A stretch of DNA of 64,000 nucleotides, taken from the NCBI GenBank assembly GCA_965205865.1, contig CBDBHR010000026.1, positions 1 to 64,000 of the forward strand, given 5' to 3'. The notes under the pieces are model-generated. The model was not told the origin of the DNA. It saw only the letters and a program-made list of their open reading frames with translations, and did not search any database. This DNA is from a bacterium. GTDB taxonomy: Bacteria; SAR324; NAC60-12. The position numbers were made by a program, and so were the translations under genes. Positions 31,344 through 42,272 of the stretch are shown here, in pieces (the stretch's first letter is position 1; each line of letters opens with the position of its first letter).

Positions 31344-31865
31344 TTATGTCTCTTTCAGTCGGGGAATCAATTCAGCAAAATTGCAGGGCATATGCCGATA
31401 ATCCAACTGGTCCTCGAGGATTTCGTCCCAACCGGTACGACAAGCTCCCGAGGAACCAGGCAGGCAAAAAAGATAGGTGCCATTGCTCACCCCGGCAACC
31501 GCCCTCGATTGCACCGTGGATGTTTTGATATCTTCATAGGAAATGGAACGAAAAAGTTCTCCGAACCCTTCGATTTCTTTATCAAACAAAGGCTGAATCG
31601 CTTCCGGGGTTCCGTCTCTTCCCGTGACCCCTGTGCCTCCTGTGGAAATCACCACGTCGATCGTCTCATCAGCGATCCATTGAGAAACCACGGCTCGGAT
31701 TTGGTAGATATTATCCGCAACGATGCATTTGGAGGATAGACGATGTCCTGCGTCCCGCAGACGATCCGCCAAGGTTTTTCCGGATGTGTCATTTGCTTCA
31801 GTGCGAGTATCGGAGACGGTGAGAATTGCAATGTCCAAAGGTATGAATTGTCTTTCTGATTCCAT
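31344..31865 (-). CDS. moaB: Molybdenum cofactor biosynthesis protein B
   Basis: LTVSDTR, GGTG..RDGTPEA, PGSSGAC, PCNF. Confidence 0.95.
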   Translation of the reverse strand: MESERQFIPLDIAILTVSDTRTEANDTSGKTLADRLRDAGHRLSSKCIVADNIYQIRAVVSQWIADETIDVVISTGGTGVTGRDGTPEAIQPLFDKEIEGFGELFRSISYEDIKTSTVQSRAVAGVSNGTYLFCLPGSSGACRTGWDEILEDQLDYRHMPCNFAELIPRLKET

Positions 31866-32015
31866 TGGTTTATCCTTTCTCTTGGTTGACAGCCACCGGC
31901 GGCACCAGCAGCGACATTGTATTCAATGATTCATGCAAATCAAAGGCGCAATTCATTTTATCTGATGAAACCACGTCCTTTGGGCGTGGTCAGAGATAAT
32001 CGGCTCTGCCAGAAA

Positions 32016-32178
32016 CGTGCACGTGTTCGTAATCGTGCTCGTGCACGTGCTCGATAGAAACGTTCCCGATTCCCTTGAGATGGGGATTCCGAATAGAAGA
32101 GACGGCAGGGAATCCAGGATTCTCTGGGATGCCGTTTCGTTCACGAGCACGAGCACGGCTCACGAGTACGATCACGAG
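32016..32178. repeat. Structured intergenic element with CTCGTG/CACGAG hexamer-rich inverted arms
   Basis: Left arm CGTGCTCGTGCACGTGCTCG, right arm CACGAGCACGAGCACG; inner complementary GAAACG/CGTTTC and GATTCCC/GGGAATC. Confidence 0.6.
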
Positions 32179-32286
32179 CCGCCCCTTCCAGGGGCCCATC
32201 AAAACCACCTTCTGAGAAGGTGGATTCTTTACTTGATTATAATTGAGCATGAGTTGAAAATAGTCTTCTAATTTTTTTTCAGAAGT

Positions 32287-32303
32287 GCGGGCGTCTCGCC
32301 CGC
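32287..32303. repeat. REP-like palindrome GCGGGCG-TCT-CGCCCGC
   Basis: Perfect 7-bp GC stem with 3-nt loop. Confidence 0.5.
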
Positions 32304-32351
32304 GGAACAGGGGCCATTCCGGTCCTTAGCATTTTATTTCCGGAGTACTGA

Positions 32352-32693
32352 ATGATGGCGATCGATTGGGCTTATCTTCGTAAAAATTGACTCTCTTGTA
32401 AGCGAGCGCAAGAGGTTCTTGATGCCAAGCATATTCAAATCAAAAAAATCACAGATGCCAGGAAAGAACGCTTTGACGAAAAAACCACATGGGAACTCCT
32501 TGATGCTGCAGATCAAATCACGGTTGCAAAAGGGAAAAAAATCTTCTCTTTTGATCCTCGAGCCGATGATAAAAGCACCATCCTGAAGCATGTGATGGGG
32601 CCGAACGGCAACTTGAGGGCTCCGGCGTTTCGCATACAAAACGAATTCATTGTTGGCTTCCATCCCGAATTGTATGCTGAAAAGATCCCATGA
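32352..32693 (+). CDS. ArsC/thioredoxin-fold selenoprotein (UxxC), in-frame UGA at 32388-32390
   Basis: My translation MMAIDWAYLRKN-U-LSCKRAQEVLD...VAKGKK...MGPNGNLRAPAFRI..IVGF; GGAG SD; open 113 codons except the single TGA; hairpin CTCTTG..CAAGAG just 3' of the UGA. Confidence 0.85.
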
Positions 32694-33288
32694 GTCAATC
32701 CCCTCTTTCCCCGAAGCAATTTTTGTGGACCGGGATGGCGTACTCAATGATGAACCTGGACCGGTTGTCTTCCCGGAACAATTCCATCCCATTCCCCGCA
32801 GTTTGGATGCAATCCACCAAATCAATCGCTGGGGACGACTTTGTATCGTGGTGACTAATCAAGCGGCTTTTGCCAAAGGACTGTTGACGGAAGCAATTTT
32901 CGCGCAGATTGGATTGAAATTGAAAAATGTTTTGGCCGCCAAGCAAGCTCATATCGACGATCTCTTCTTTTGCCCCCATTTTCCACAGTGGCAGGAAGGC
33001 TACGTTCGTGAACTTTGTCATCCCTGCCAGTGCCGCAAACCCGGAACCCTTTTATTTGAACAAGCCAGTCATAAGTACCGTTTGGACCTTGAAAACACTG
33101 TGTTTATTGGAGACAAGACCTCTGATTTTGAAGTAGCAAGGCGCTTGAGTATGTTTTCTATCGGGGTCCGCACCGGCCATGGCGGGCAGGATGGTCAATA
33201 CGATTGCGCACCCCTTTGTTGGGCCGATGATCTTTTGGACGCTGTCCATCTATTGAAACGCATCGAATCTCCTCAAAATTTACTTTGA
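32674..33288 (+). CDS. gmhB: HAD phosphatase, GmhB/HisB-N family
   Basis: FVDRDGVLN, VTNQ, CPH...CQCRKP, IGDKTSD; start codon uncertain. Confidence 0.8.
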   Translation: MLKRSHESIPSFPEAIFVDRDGVLNDEPGPVVFPEQFHPIPRSLDAIHQINRWGRLCIVVTNQAAFAKGLLTEAIFAQIGLKLKNVLAAKQAHIDDLFFCPHFPQWQEGYVRELCHPCQCRKPGTLLFEQASHKYRLDLENTVFIGDKTSDFEVARRLSMFSIGVRTGHGGQDGQYDCAPLCWADDLLDAVHLLKRIESPQNLL

Positions 33289-33335
33289 TTGACGGCAGTG
33301 TCTCATCTTTCACCACCTTAGACCTTGATCAACTG

Positions 33336-36300
33336 ATGGCAGAAATTCATTTCTATGCGAGCAATAACCAGCAAACATTGATAGAAGCATTGGCCGACGT
33401 TGTCAGGCAGCCCATGCAAAATCCTTTGCAGCCTGAACATATCCTGGTGCAACATCAAGGAATGATGCGTTGGATCTCATTACAGCTCGCAAATAGAAAT
33501 AATATTGAAGCCAATACTCGTTATCTATTTCCTCATGAATTGCTCAATCTGGTATTTTCCCAGCTGGATGTCAAAAACAAATCTTCCAAAATGATCGAGG
33601 ATGATCATTTGGTTTGGATACTATTAGAGAAATTGTTGGAGCACAAAGACGACCCGTCCTTTGAGCCAATTGGCGAATACCTGAAAGACAATAACCCCCT
33701 TCGTATTTGGCAGTTGGCCAAACAAACTGCTTATTTATTCAATCAATACATGTGTTTTCGCCCCGAAATGATCCTCCGCTGGGAAAAGCCCCCCTCCCCC
33801 GGCCCCTTCCTCGAGGGAAGGGGAGAAATGTTCCGCTGGCAGCAGGCGTTATGGAATAGCATTCCTCGCCCAATCCGCAGTCGACACAAGCCTTATCGGT
33901 GGCAAACCGTCTTCAAGCAAGTAGAGCAGTTGTGCCCGGAAAACCATACTTTGCCGCAACGGCTTTCGGTTTTCGGCATTTCTTCGCTGACTCCACTTCA
34001 TGTAGAGGTTCTGAAAACACTGAAGCCTTTTGTAGAAATCCACTTTTTCTTTCTCATGCCCAGTCCTCATTTTACCTCTTACCAAGTGTCGGGTGAAAGA
34101 AATGGAATTATGGAAGAGCAGCAATTTTTCGCGGAGCTCTGCCAATACGGCCGGGATTTTATCCAACTCCTGCAAGAGCGGAAACTTCTCACCCGGCAGC
34201 ACGGGTCTGCTCTTTCAGACAAAAAGTTGTTTGTCGAACCTACTGAAAATTCGCTACTGGCTGAGCTGAAAAAAGATATGCTTTACCGGGGGATGCAGGT
34301 GGAAAGTAACGGGAGGGTTTCCTCCCGATCGATTAAACAACACCCTGGCATGAAGAGGACTATTCCCCATGAAGACCGCTCGTTACAAATTCATGCCTGT
34401 CACAGTCGAATGCGGGAAGTGGAAGTGTTACACGACCAGTTGCTACTCCTTCTGGACCAGAATCCGGATCTGACACCAGATGATATTTTGGTGATGACTC
34501 CTGAAATTGATGAATATGCTCCTTTAGTTCATGCGGTTCTTTCTGCAACTGTGAAAGGAAAACGATCCGGCGAAGCAGTGTTCCCTTATTCCATTACAGA
34601 CCAGCGTTTCGGGCAGTCTAGTCAAGTCATTTCATATCTTCTTCGTCTGTTACGCATGCCCGCTAGCCGTTTTACCGTGAATGAAGTTTTGGACCTTCTG
34701 GAATGCGAAGCGATGCGGGCACGTTTTGAACTTGTCCCTACCGATATTGCTCAATTGCGCCAATGGATGAAAAAAGCCAATGTACGCTGGGGAATTGATG
34801 CGTCTTTCCGCAACCAGCTTGAAACGCCAGCTACCCACGAAAACACCTGGCAATTCGGCATCGATCGCATCTTGCTCGGCTATGCAATGCCCGGAGAGTT
34901 CACGCCCAATCGATCGAAAAGAGGCGTGGGAGACGGCGAAACTCTTTTTGCGGGAATTCTGCCTTTTGATGACATTGAAGGCGAGTCTGCCTTGATGTTT
35001 GGCCGGTTCCTGGATTTTTTTGAAAAATTAAAAACGCTTGTGGGTCGTACCGAACTGGCTCTATGTCGTGAGCGGACATTGCTACAATGGGCTGTTTTTA
35101 TTGAAAAACTCCTTGAAGATTTTTTTGACGATAGAGAAGCATGGGACGCTGAGTGGCACTTCTTGCAAAAATTTATTGAGAATTTAAGAGAGACTGCTGA
35201 AATATGTGGAGTGACTTTGCAAGTTGAAGTGGAAATTCTGACAAAACATCTGGAAGCGGAGTTGGAACGGAAATTGAGGGGTAAAGGATTTCTTGGTTAC
35301 GGCACGACGTTTTGTTCGCTACAGCCAATGCGCAGCATCCCTTTCAAAGTCATTGCCTTGCTGGGAATGAATGATAAAGCCTTTCCACGGGTGAAACCAC
35401 CCTTGAGCTATGATTTGATGGCGGAAAACAGGCGTCTTGGTGACCATCGCATGAAGGAAGAAGACGGATTTTTGTTTCTGGAAACCCTCCTCTGTTGCCA
35501 GAAGTTTCTTTATGTCAGCTATCTCGGCTTTGCCAACCGGGACAATGCCATGCTGCCACCTTCCTCCTTTGTCCGTGAATTGACGCATTATCTGAAACAA
35601 ATTTATGGTTTGCCGGAGGATCGTTTTCTCACCTGCCATTCCCTGCAAGCCTTTGCTCCTCGATATTTTCAAGCAGAAAACGATTTGTTCAGTTATTCTC
35701 AGCTCAACTGGAATGCGGCCCGGCAACTGATCCTGAGCAATGCCAGTACGGACTGGCGAGAAAAGAGAGTTGTCTTCGACATTCAACTGCCGGAAATCGA
35801 AACTTCCTGCCTGGAGATCGACCTGGAAGAACTGCTGAGCTTTTTCAATGCGCCTGCGCAATATCTCCTCCAACGAAGAATGGGCAGCGACTTGGGAGGG
35901 AAAGAAGAATTTTTTGAAGATTGCGAACCTTTTGCAATGGATCCCCTCAATAAATATGCGGTTCAAAGCCGGCAACTGGAAACTATTTTAAATAACCGGA
36001 ACAGCAATGATTTATGGAGAATTATTCGTGCCCAGGGCGACCTTCCCCTTAGCAATGCGGGCGATCGAAGTTGGCAGATTATGGAAGAAGAATCCCTGAA
36101 ATTGGCTCAGCCTGTACGTGAATTTTTACAAGCGGAACCCCTGGAACCTTTTGAATATGATTTTCAACTTCACGGATTTCATTTGAAGGGGACCATTGAG
36201 AATATTTTTTCACGAGGACTGATCCGTTTTCGCCCTGCCAGCATCAAAATAAAAGATCGTCTGAGGGTTTGGCTGGAACAATTGATATTACGCCATTGTT

Positions 36301-36728
36301 CTGCGCAGCGTCCATCTCACGCGCTGCTAGTGGGAAAAAATGCTGACAGGAACAAATTGCCGGAATTAATCACCAGTCTGAAAATCGATACTCCCAAACG
36401 ATTTCTGGAAGACTTGCTGGCATGCTACGAAGCGGGATTAAAACGTCCCTTCGCTTTTTTCCCGGAAACCGCCCATGAGTATATGAAAGCATGGATTGAG
36501 GGAAAAACAGAAATGGCACGGGAAAAAGCTCGTTTAAAATGGTATGGCCGGGATGCCTTCCCGGGAGAAATGGCACGCAATCCATATTTCAAACGCTGTT
36601 TTTCACAGCTGGAATTGATTGATGAGACTGAATTCGAAAGAAATACCGTAAAGATTCTGAATCCGGTTTTTTCTCACCAGAAAGAGGGTACCCACCAAGT
36701 AGATTCAACAATACCGGGAGAAGAATGA
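33336..36728 (+). CDS. recC: Exodeoxyribonuclease V gamma subunit
   Basis: HACHSRMREVEVLHDQL, VMTPEIDEYAP, PMRSIPFKVIALLGMN. Confidence 0.95.
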   Translation: MAEIHFYASNNQQTLIEALADVVRQPMQNPLQPEHILVQHQGMMRWISLQLANRNNIEANTRYLFPHELLNLVFSQLDVKNKSSKMIEDDHLVWILLEKLLEHKDDPSFEPIGEYLKDNNPLRIWQLAKQTAYLFNQYMCFRPEMILRWEKPPSPGPFLEGRGEMFRWQQALWNSIPRPIRSRHKPYRWQTVFKQVEQLCPENHTLPQRLSVFGISSLTPLHVEVLKTLKPFVEIHFFFLMPSPHFTSYQVSGERNGIMEEQQFFAELCQYGRDFIQLLQERKLLTRQHGSALSDKKLFVEPTENSLLAELKKDMLYRGMQVESNGRVSSRSIKQHPGMKRTIPHEDRSLQIHACHSRMREVEVLHDQLLLLLDQNPDLTPDDILVMTPEIDEYAPLVHAVLSATVKGKRSGEAVFPYSITDQRFGQSSQVISYLLRLLRMPASRFTVNEVLDLLECEAMRARFELVPTDIAQLRQWMKKANVRWGIDASFRNQLETPATHENTWQFGIDRILLGYAMPGEFTPNRSKRGVGDGETLFAGILPFDDIEGESALMFGRFLDFFEKLKTLVGRTELALCRERTLLQWAVFIEKLLEDFFDDREAWDAEWHFLQKFIENLRETAEICGVTLQVEVEILTKHLEAELERKLRGKGFLGYGTTFCSLQPMRSIPFKVIALLGMNDKAFPRVKPPLSYDLMAENRRLGDHRMKEEDGFLFLETLLCCQKFLYVSYLGFANRDNAMLPPSSFVRELTHYLKQIYGLPEDRFLTCHSLQAFAPRYFQAENDLFSYSQLNWNAARQLILSNASTDWREKRVVFDIQLPEIETSCLEIDLEELLSFFNAPAQYLLQRRMGSDLGGKEEFFEDCEPFAMDPLNKYAVQSRQLETILNNRNSNDLWRIIRAQGDLPLSNAGDRSWQIMEEESLKLAQPVREFLQAEPLEPFEYDFQLHGFHLKGTIENIFSRGLIRFRPASIKIKDRLRVWLEQLILRHCSAQRPSHALLVGKNADRNKLPELITSLKIDTPKRFLEDLLACYEAGLKRPFAFFPETAHEYMKAWIEGKTEMAREKARLKWYGRDAFPGEMARNPYFKRCFSQLELIDETEFERNTVKILNPVFSHQKEGTHQVDSTIPGEE

Positions 36729-39700
36729 TACGCGACGAGTTTGATTTGACTGCCTGTCCCTTGGATGGCTCGAGTCTGATCGAGGCCAGCGCCGGTACCG
36801 GAAAGACCTATGCAATCGTCGGTATCTATCTTCGCCTCTTGATGGAAAAATCAATCCCGGTCGAAAAAATCCTGGTGGTGACTTTCACTGAAGCCGCCAC
36901 TGCAGAATTAAAGGTGCGCATCACCGGCTCCATCCAGCAATTGCTTTCCGTACTGCAAACCGGGAAAACAGAGGAACCTCTGTTTAAATATTTTCTGGAG
37001 CAGCAACAAGACGGCTCGGGAGAACGGCAAAATTCGGCGATGCGCAGACTACGGCGAGCCCTGTTCTCGTTTGATGAAGCGCCCATCCTGACGATTCACG
37101 GTTTCTGTCATAAAATGCTGTCCGACTTCACTTTTGAAACCAACTCTACTTTTGATGCGAAACTGCTCGGCAATCAGGAAGCATTGATTGCTGAATCAAC
37201 CCAGGATTATTGGCGTGGGCAGGTTTATTCCACCTGCCAGGACTACAGCCGGGTATTCCTCGAATTTTTTGAAAATCCCGTTGATTTGAGCAAGGAATTC
37301 AAAAAAATCATTTCCCGCCCCCGACTTCGGCTACATCCACAAATCGAGAAACGCCCGCATTCCATATTAGAACGCGTCTATCGTCTTTTTCAACGTCTGC
37401 AGGGTTACTGGAACAGCCAGGAAGAATCCCTGTCCCGTTGGATCTCAGAAAACAAAATCTGGCGTAGCGATCTTCAACAAAAATATTTCAAACAAACCCG
37501 GCAATATTTAGAGAACGACGATCCCTTCACCAGCAGTGCCGGGTTAGCAAAGTTGACATCCACCGAGATTCGGAAAAAGTACGCGGGAGACACTCCCCTT
37601 CCTGAATTTTTTGAACAATGTGACACTTTCTATCGTTTGAAAAATTCCATGAGATCCGCAATTTTAGTGGATTATTTCCAATGTGTAAAAACCCGCTTGA
37701 GAGAGAAAAAGCGTCTCTTGAACGTATACTCCTTCGATGATTTATTGCAGGATTTCCACGCAGCCTTGCAAGGAGAGCAGGGTCAGGCGCTTGCGCATCG
37801 AGTGCGTCGGCGAATCACAGTCGCTTTAATTGATGAATTTCAGGACACCGACCCCATCCAATACGAAATTTTCTCCATCCTGTTCAAGCAGGGAAATCTC
37901 TTTATGATTGGCGACCCGAAGCAGGCTATCTACAGCTTTCGTGGAGCGGACGTCTTTGCGTACCTGCAAGCAAAACAAGAAGCGCAACGGCAATTCACCT
38001 TGTTGACCAATTGGCGCTCGCACCCCAGATTGGTGGAAGCCATTGGTCATCTTTTTTCTGCGGTGGAGCATCCCTTCGTACAGGAAACAATTCCTTGGTT
38101 CGCCTCTCGAGGCGCGTCTCAAAATGAGGATTGCTCGTTGTATTTTGAGGGGAAACCCGTCGTCCCTATGCGGGTATGGTACCTTCAAGCGGAAAAGGCG
38201 GTGAAAGTCTCGGATGCCCGGCAGAGGATCACTGATGCCACGGTTGCGGAGATCATTCGCTTACTGGACTCAGGCGCAATAAAACGCGCCCCCTCTCTCC
38301 AGGGGAAGGAAATTCCTGAAGCAATGATGCGGACAAAACAACAGTGTCAATCGCTTAATTTGGCGGACATTGCCGTCCTGGTACGCACCCATCGCGAGGC
38401 GGAACAAGTGCGGGATGCCCTCTCGCAGAAAAATATTCCCAGTATCCTGAAAACCCAGGTCAGCATTTTTCAAACCGACGAATATCAGGAAATCCTGACC
38501 ATCGCCCACGCCATTGCCGAATTCCATAATACCTCACTCGTCAAGGGAGCGCTGCTCACCGATATCATGGGATATTCAGGCGGCAGAGTCGCTCGCAATG
38601 TTGCCGGGAGTTCCCACGCGATCGATTCAACCATACCATGGGATGAAAAATTTTGGGACCGAATCGCAAACCGGATGGCGGATTATCATGAACAATGGAA
38701 ACGCGAGGGATTTTACCCGATGATGAGGTTGTTTCTCAGCAAAGAAGAAGTTCATAAAAACCTGTTGGTTCTGCACAATGGAGAACGGAGGTTGACTAAC
38801 GTCTTGCATGTCATCGAATTGTTGCATCAGGCAGAAAGCGAGGGACAATGGAGCATGAGAAGTCTGTTGCTCCGGGCGCATGAGATGGAGCAAGGTACTG
38901 CCGAGTCAGGTGAAGAAAACCTCATCCGCCTGGAAACGGACGCGGATGCCTTAAAAATTCTGACGGTCCATTCCTGCAAAGGGTTGGAGTTTCCAATTGT
39001 CTTTTGCCCGTTTTCCTGGGGAAGTCGGAGGATGGATGATATTTTTTTTCATGATGATACAGGCCGATTGGTTTGGGATTTGGAAAAAGAGGAACTCCAC
39101 CGAAAAAAATGCCAGGAAGAATCTCTGGCCGAGGATATCCGTCTGCTCTATGTCGCATTGACGCGGGCCAAGTACTGTTGCTACCTTGCCTGGGGTCATA
39201 TCAATCATTCCAAACTCTCCCCTTTGACCCATCTTTTTGGAGAGGGAAATGCCTGGGATTCACTGAAAAAACTGGAAAGCAAATCGCGGGGTACCGTGGC
39301 CGTGTTGCAGCTTCCGGAAGGCGATAGTAGCACAGTCCGTGCGGAAAACTATCATGCAACGGAACTCGACGGCCAATCATTGCAATTTGAAATATTCAAG
39401 CAGTCCTTGAAGCAGCATTGGCAAGTCACCAGTTTCAGCGCGCTTTCCACCCGCCTGCGAAATTCGCCTTTCCGGATGATGGAGACAGGACAAGACCATG
39501 ATCAGCAAGAGACCTTAACCAGCGGCGCAGACGAATCGTTGCTTGAAGACGAACTTTTGAAGGATGAATCCATGGCTTTGAGCCTATTGCGCTTTCCAGC
39601 AGGCGCCAAGACGGGGAAATGCCTCCATGAACTGTTGGAAGAGCTTGATTTTCAAGAACAGGATGAAAAAATAATCAAACAGAAAGTGGAAGAAAAATTG

Positions 39701-40372
39701 GTGAAGTACCAGTTTGATTTGAAATGGAAGGACGTTGTTTTTCAAATGACCCGTGATGTCCTTCAAAAAAAAATTCCGCTTTCCCCCGAGGCATTCAACC
39801 GCCCACGGAGCAACTCGACTTTCCAAGCCTATTTCAGGCTGGCGGATCTTAAAAAACAGGACATTGTCAAGGAAATGCCCTTTTATTTTCCCATTGAATC
39901 GATCAGTGAGGAACATCTCATGACCGTCCTTTCCAACTGCCATCGATCGGAAAGCCAGCAGGCGTTGATACGTACGCTCCAACTATTGCAATTCAAAACG
40001 TTGCCAGGTTATATGAGAGGATTTCTGGATTTGGTGTTTTGTTACGAAGGACGCTACTTCATTCTCGATTGGAAATCGAATCTCCTGGGTTATCAGCGGA
40101 AGGATTATGCCTCGCACCTGCTGAAAGGCGAAGTGGAAAAGCATTTCTATGTCCTGCAGTATTACATTTATGCCGTTGCTCTGCATCGCTACTTGAAGCG
40201 TCGTCTGCCCGGTTATCGGTTCACTCGCCATTTTGGTGGCGTCTATTATTTCTTTCTGCGAGGAATTCAAGCCAACTCCGAAGATCTATTCGGCATTTAC
40301 CATGACCCTTTGTCGGATTCGGTGGAGGTGATCGAAGAATTGGATGCGGCATTTCAAGGTGAGCAACAATGA
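36725..40372 (+). CDS. recB: Exodeoxyribonuclease V beta subunit
   Basis: EASAGTGKT, DEFQDTD, GDPKQAIYSFRGAD, KGLEF, nuclease GFLDLVF..ILDWKSN. Confidence 0.96.
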   Translation: MIRDEFDLTACPLDGSSLIEASAGTGKTYAIVGIYLRLLMEKSIPVEKILVVTFTEAATAELKVRITGSIQQLLSVLQTGKTEEPLFKYFLEQQQDGSGERQNSAMRRLRRALFSFDEAPILTIHGFCHKMLSDFTFETNSTFDAKLLGNQEALIAESTQDYWRGQVYSTCQDYSRVFLEFFENPVDLSKEFKKIISRPRLRLHPQIEKRPHSILERVYRLFQRLQGYWNSQEESLSRWISENKIWRSDLQQKYFKQTRQYLENDDPFTSSAGLAKLTSTEIRKKYAGDTPLPEFFEQCDTFYRLKNSMRSAILVDYFQCVKTRLREKKRLLNVYSFDDLLQDFHAALQGEQGQALAHRVRRRITVALIDEFQDTDPIQYEIFSILFKQGNLFMIGDPKQAIYSFRGADVFAYLQAKQEAQRQFTLLTNWRSHPRLVEAIGHLFSAVEHPFVQETIPWFASRGASQNEDCSLYFEGKPVVPMRVWYLQAEKAVKVSDARQRITDATVAEIIRLLDSGAIKRAPSLQGKEIPEAMMRTKQQCQSLNLADIAVLVRTHREAEQVRDALSQKNIPSILKTQVSIFQTDEYQEILTIAHAIAEFHNTSLVKGALLTDIMGYSGGRVARNVAGSSHAIDSTIPWDEKFWDRIANRMADYHEQWKREGFYPMMRLFLSKEEVHKNLLVLHNGERRLTNVLHVIELLHQAESEGQWSMRSLLLRAHEMEQGTAESGEENLIRLETDADALKILTVHSCKGLEFPIVFCPFSWGSRRMDDIFFHDDTGRLVWDLEKEELHRKKCQEESLAEDIRLLYVALTRAKYCCYLAWGHINHSKLSPLTHLFGEGNAWDSLKKLESKSRGTVAVLQLPEGDSSTVRAENYHATELDGQSLQFEIFKQSLKQHWQVTSFSALSTRLRNSPFRMMETGQDHDQQETLTSGADESLLEDELLKDESMALSLLRFPAGAKTGKCLHELLEELDFQEQDEKIIKQKVEEKLVKYQFDLKWKDVVFQMTRDVLQKKIPLSPEAFNRPRSNSTFQAYFRLADLKKQDIVKEMPFYFPIESISEEHLMTVLSNCHRSESQQALIRTLQLLQFKTLPGYMRGFLDLVFCYEGRYFILDWKSNLLGYQRKDYASHLLKGEVEKHFYVLQYYIYAVALHRYLKRRLPGYRFTRHFGGVYYFFLRGIQANSEDLFGIYHDPLSDSVEVIEELDAAFQGEQQ

Positions 40373-42175
40373 GTCTTTCAGGGGGTAACGAGATGACGAA
40401 AGAGGCAGTTCGAGAAATGAAGATCAAGCATTTCAGTTCCCTGGAGCAGCATTTTGCCCGGAAAATGCTCCAACTTGCCGAGCAAGAATCTCCGGAACTC
40501 GAATTGGCCAGCGCCCTTCTCTGCCGTCAAGCTTCCCGGGGACACGTTTGTCTGGACTTGGAACAATTTATTGAGAACAAAGACGAAGCACTGCAAGATT
40601 TTCAAATCCCCTCCCGAGAAGAGTGGACTCGGATTCTGCAAAAAATGGCGGTGGTTGGCTCCCCAGGCGCAGCAACACCTTTGATCCTCGAGGAGCACGA
40701 AGGGCAGAAGTCTCCTTTATTTGAATCGTTACTGGCAATACGAAAATCGGCTCGTTACTCAACTGCTGGGACGTTTCCGGGAACCGCTTTTTTGGGACGA
40801 ATCCCTGTTGCAGGCAGGATTGGCGCAACTCTTCCCTCAATCTGCGGGGGAAGAAGATTTGCAGCGTAAAGCAACGGAAATGGCGTTGAGGAAGCGGTTC
40901 TGTATCATTTCCGGAGGACCGGGGACTGGCAAAACCACCATCGTGATTAAAATTCTGGCCTTGCTGGTCCAACAGGATGCCGGTATGAGGATTGCCATTG
41001 TTGCTCCAACGGGTAAGGCGGCAGCACGCCTTCAGGATTCCGTTTTGCGAGGAAAAGACGAGTTGACCGGTATCGGATTGCTCAGCAAGGAAGAAAGCGC
41101 TTTGCTCCCTGCGGAAGCCTCCACGATCCATCGCTTGCTGGGTTCTCGTAAAAATTCAGTCTATTTTCACCACGACCACTTGCGTCCGCTTCCTCTGGAT
41201 TGTTTGGTGGTCGATGAAGCGTCCATGGTGGATTTGGCATTGATGAGCAAGTTGGTAGATGCTCTGCCGCTTCAGGCGCGCCTGATCCTGGTGGGAGATC
41301 AGAACCAGTTGACTGCTGTGGAAGCAGGATCGGTTCTGACGGACCTTTGTGAGGAGTTTCCCGGAAAGCCTCAGAGGCTTCGTGAGAGCATCCTGCATTT
41401 GCAAAAAAGCCATCGCTTTGATGAACAAAAAGGGATTGGGCGCCTCAGCCGCGAGATCAATCGGGTAAACGTGAATGCAGCCTGGAATCTTCTCCGGCAA
41501 GATCAACAAGAACTAAAATGTCGTCGCCTGCCATCGCCTTCCTTACTCCATCAGCGTCTCAGGGAGGAAGTGCTCCCCGCTTTCCGAGCTTATTTGTCGT
41601 TTCAAAAAGAGTCCCTGGAAAACTTGTTTGACGTTTTTCGCTCCTTCATGGTTCTATCTCCCCTGCAACGGGGCCCATACGGGTCTCAGTCCCTCAATCG
41701 CATATTGGAAGCGTTTCTGAGAGAAGAAAAATGTATTAGCGAAGACAGTGATTGGTATCCCGGACGTCCATTGATGATCCTACGCAACGACTACGACCTG
41801 CAACTGTATAACGGAGACATCGGGATTGTCTGGCAAGATCCCGGCCAAAGTCAGCGCATGGTTTACTTTGAAAAGGAAAAGGGTGGATCGAGTCGTGGAT
41901 TTCGTGCCGTTGCCCCGGCTCGATTACCGGAACATGAAACGGTGTTTGCCATGACAGTGCACAAAAGTCAGGGTTCTGAATTCGACAAGATCCTGCTTAT
42001 TTTGCCGGATTCTGAAAATGAAATCCTCACTCGAGAGTTGCTCTATACGGGAATCACCCGCGCGCGGAATTCTTTAACTTTGTGGACGGAAGAAGCGGTG
42101 TTCAAAAAAACTGCTCAGAAACGATCTAAACGCAGCTCCGGACTGCAAGAAAAACTGCGCCAAGCAATATCGTAG
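40369..42175 (+). pseudogene. recD: Exodeoxyribonuclease V alpha subunit with +1 frameshift near 40700-40710 (real or sequencing error)
   Basis: N-part GHVCLDL..PLIL in one frame; LYLNRYWQYE, GGPGTGKT, DEASM, TVHKSQGSE in the next. Confidence 0.85.
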
Positions 42176-42272
42176 CATCACAATTGAGTACGGTGGGGGC
42201 GGATATACTGTGTTATTGGAAAAAATTTGGACAAATCAAAAAAGATGCTCTTTAGCAAATCCGTCTAAAAGA

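Noticed and set aside
32334-32825. 163-aa minus-strand ORF
   Set aside because: Antisense shadow of the selenoprotein and gmhB-like genes
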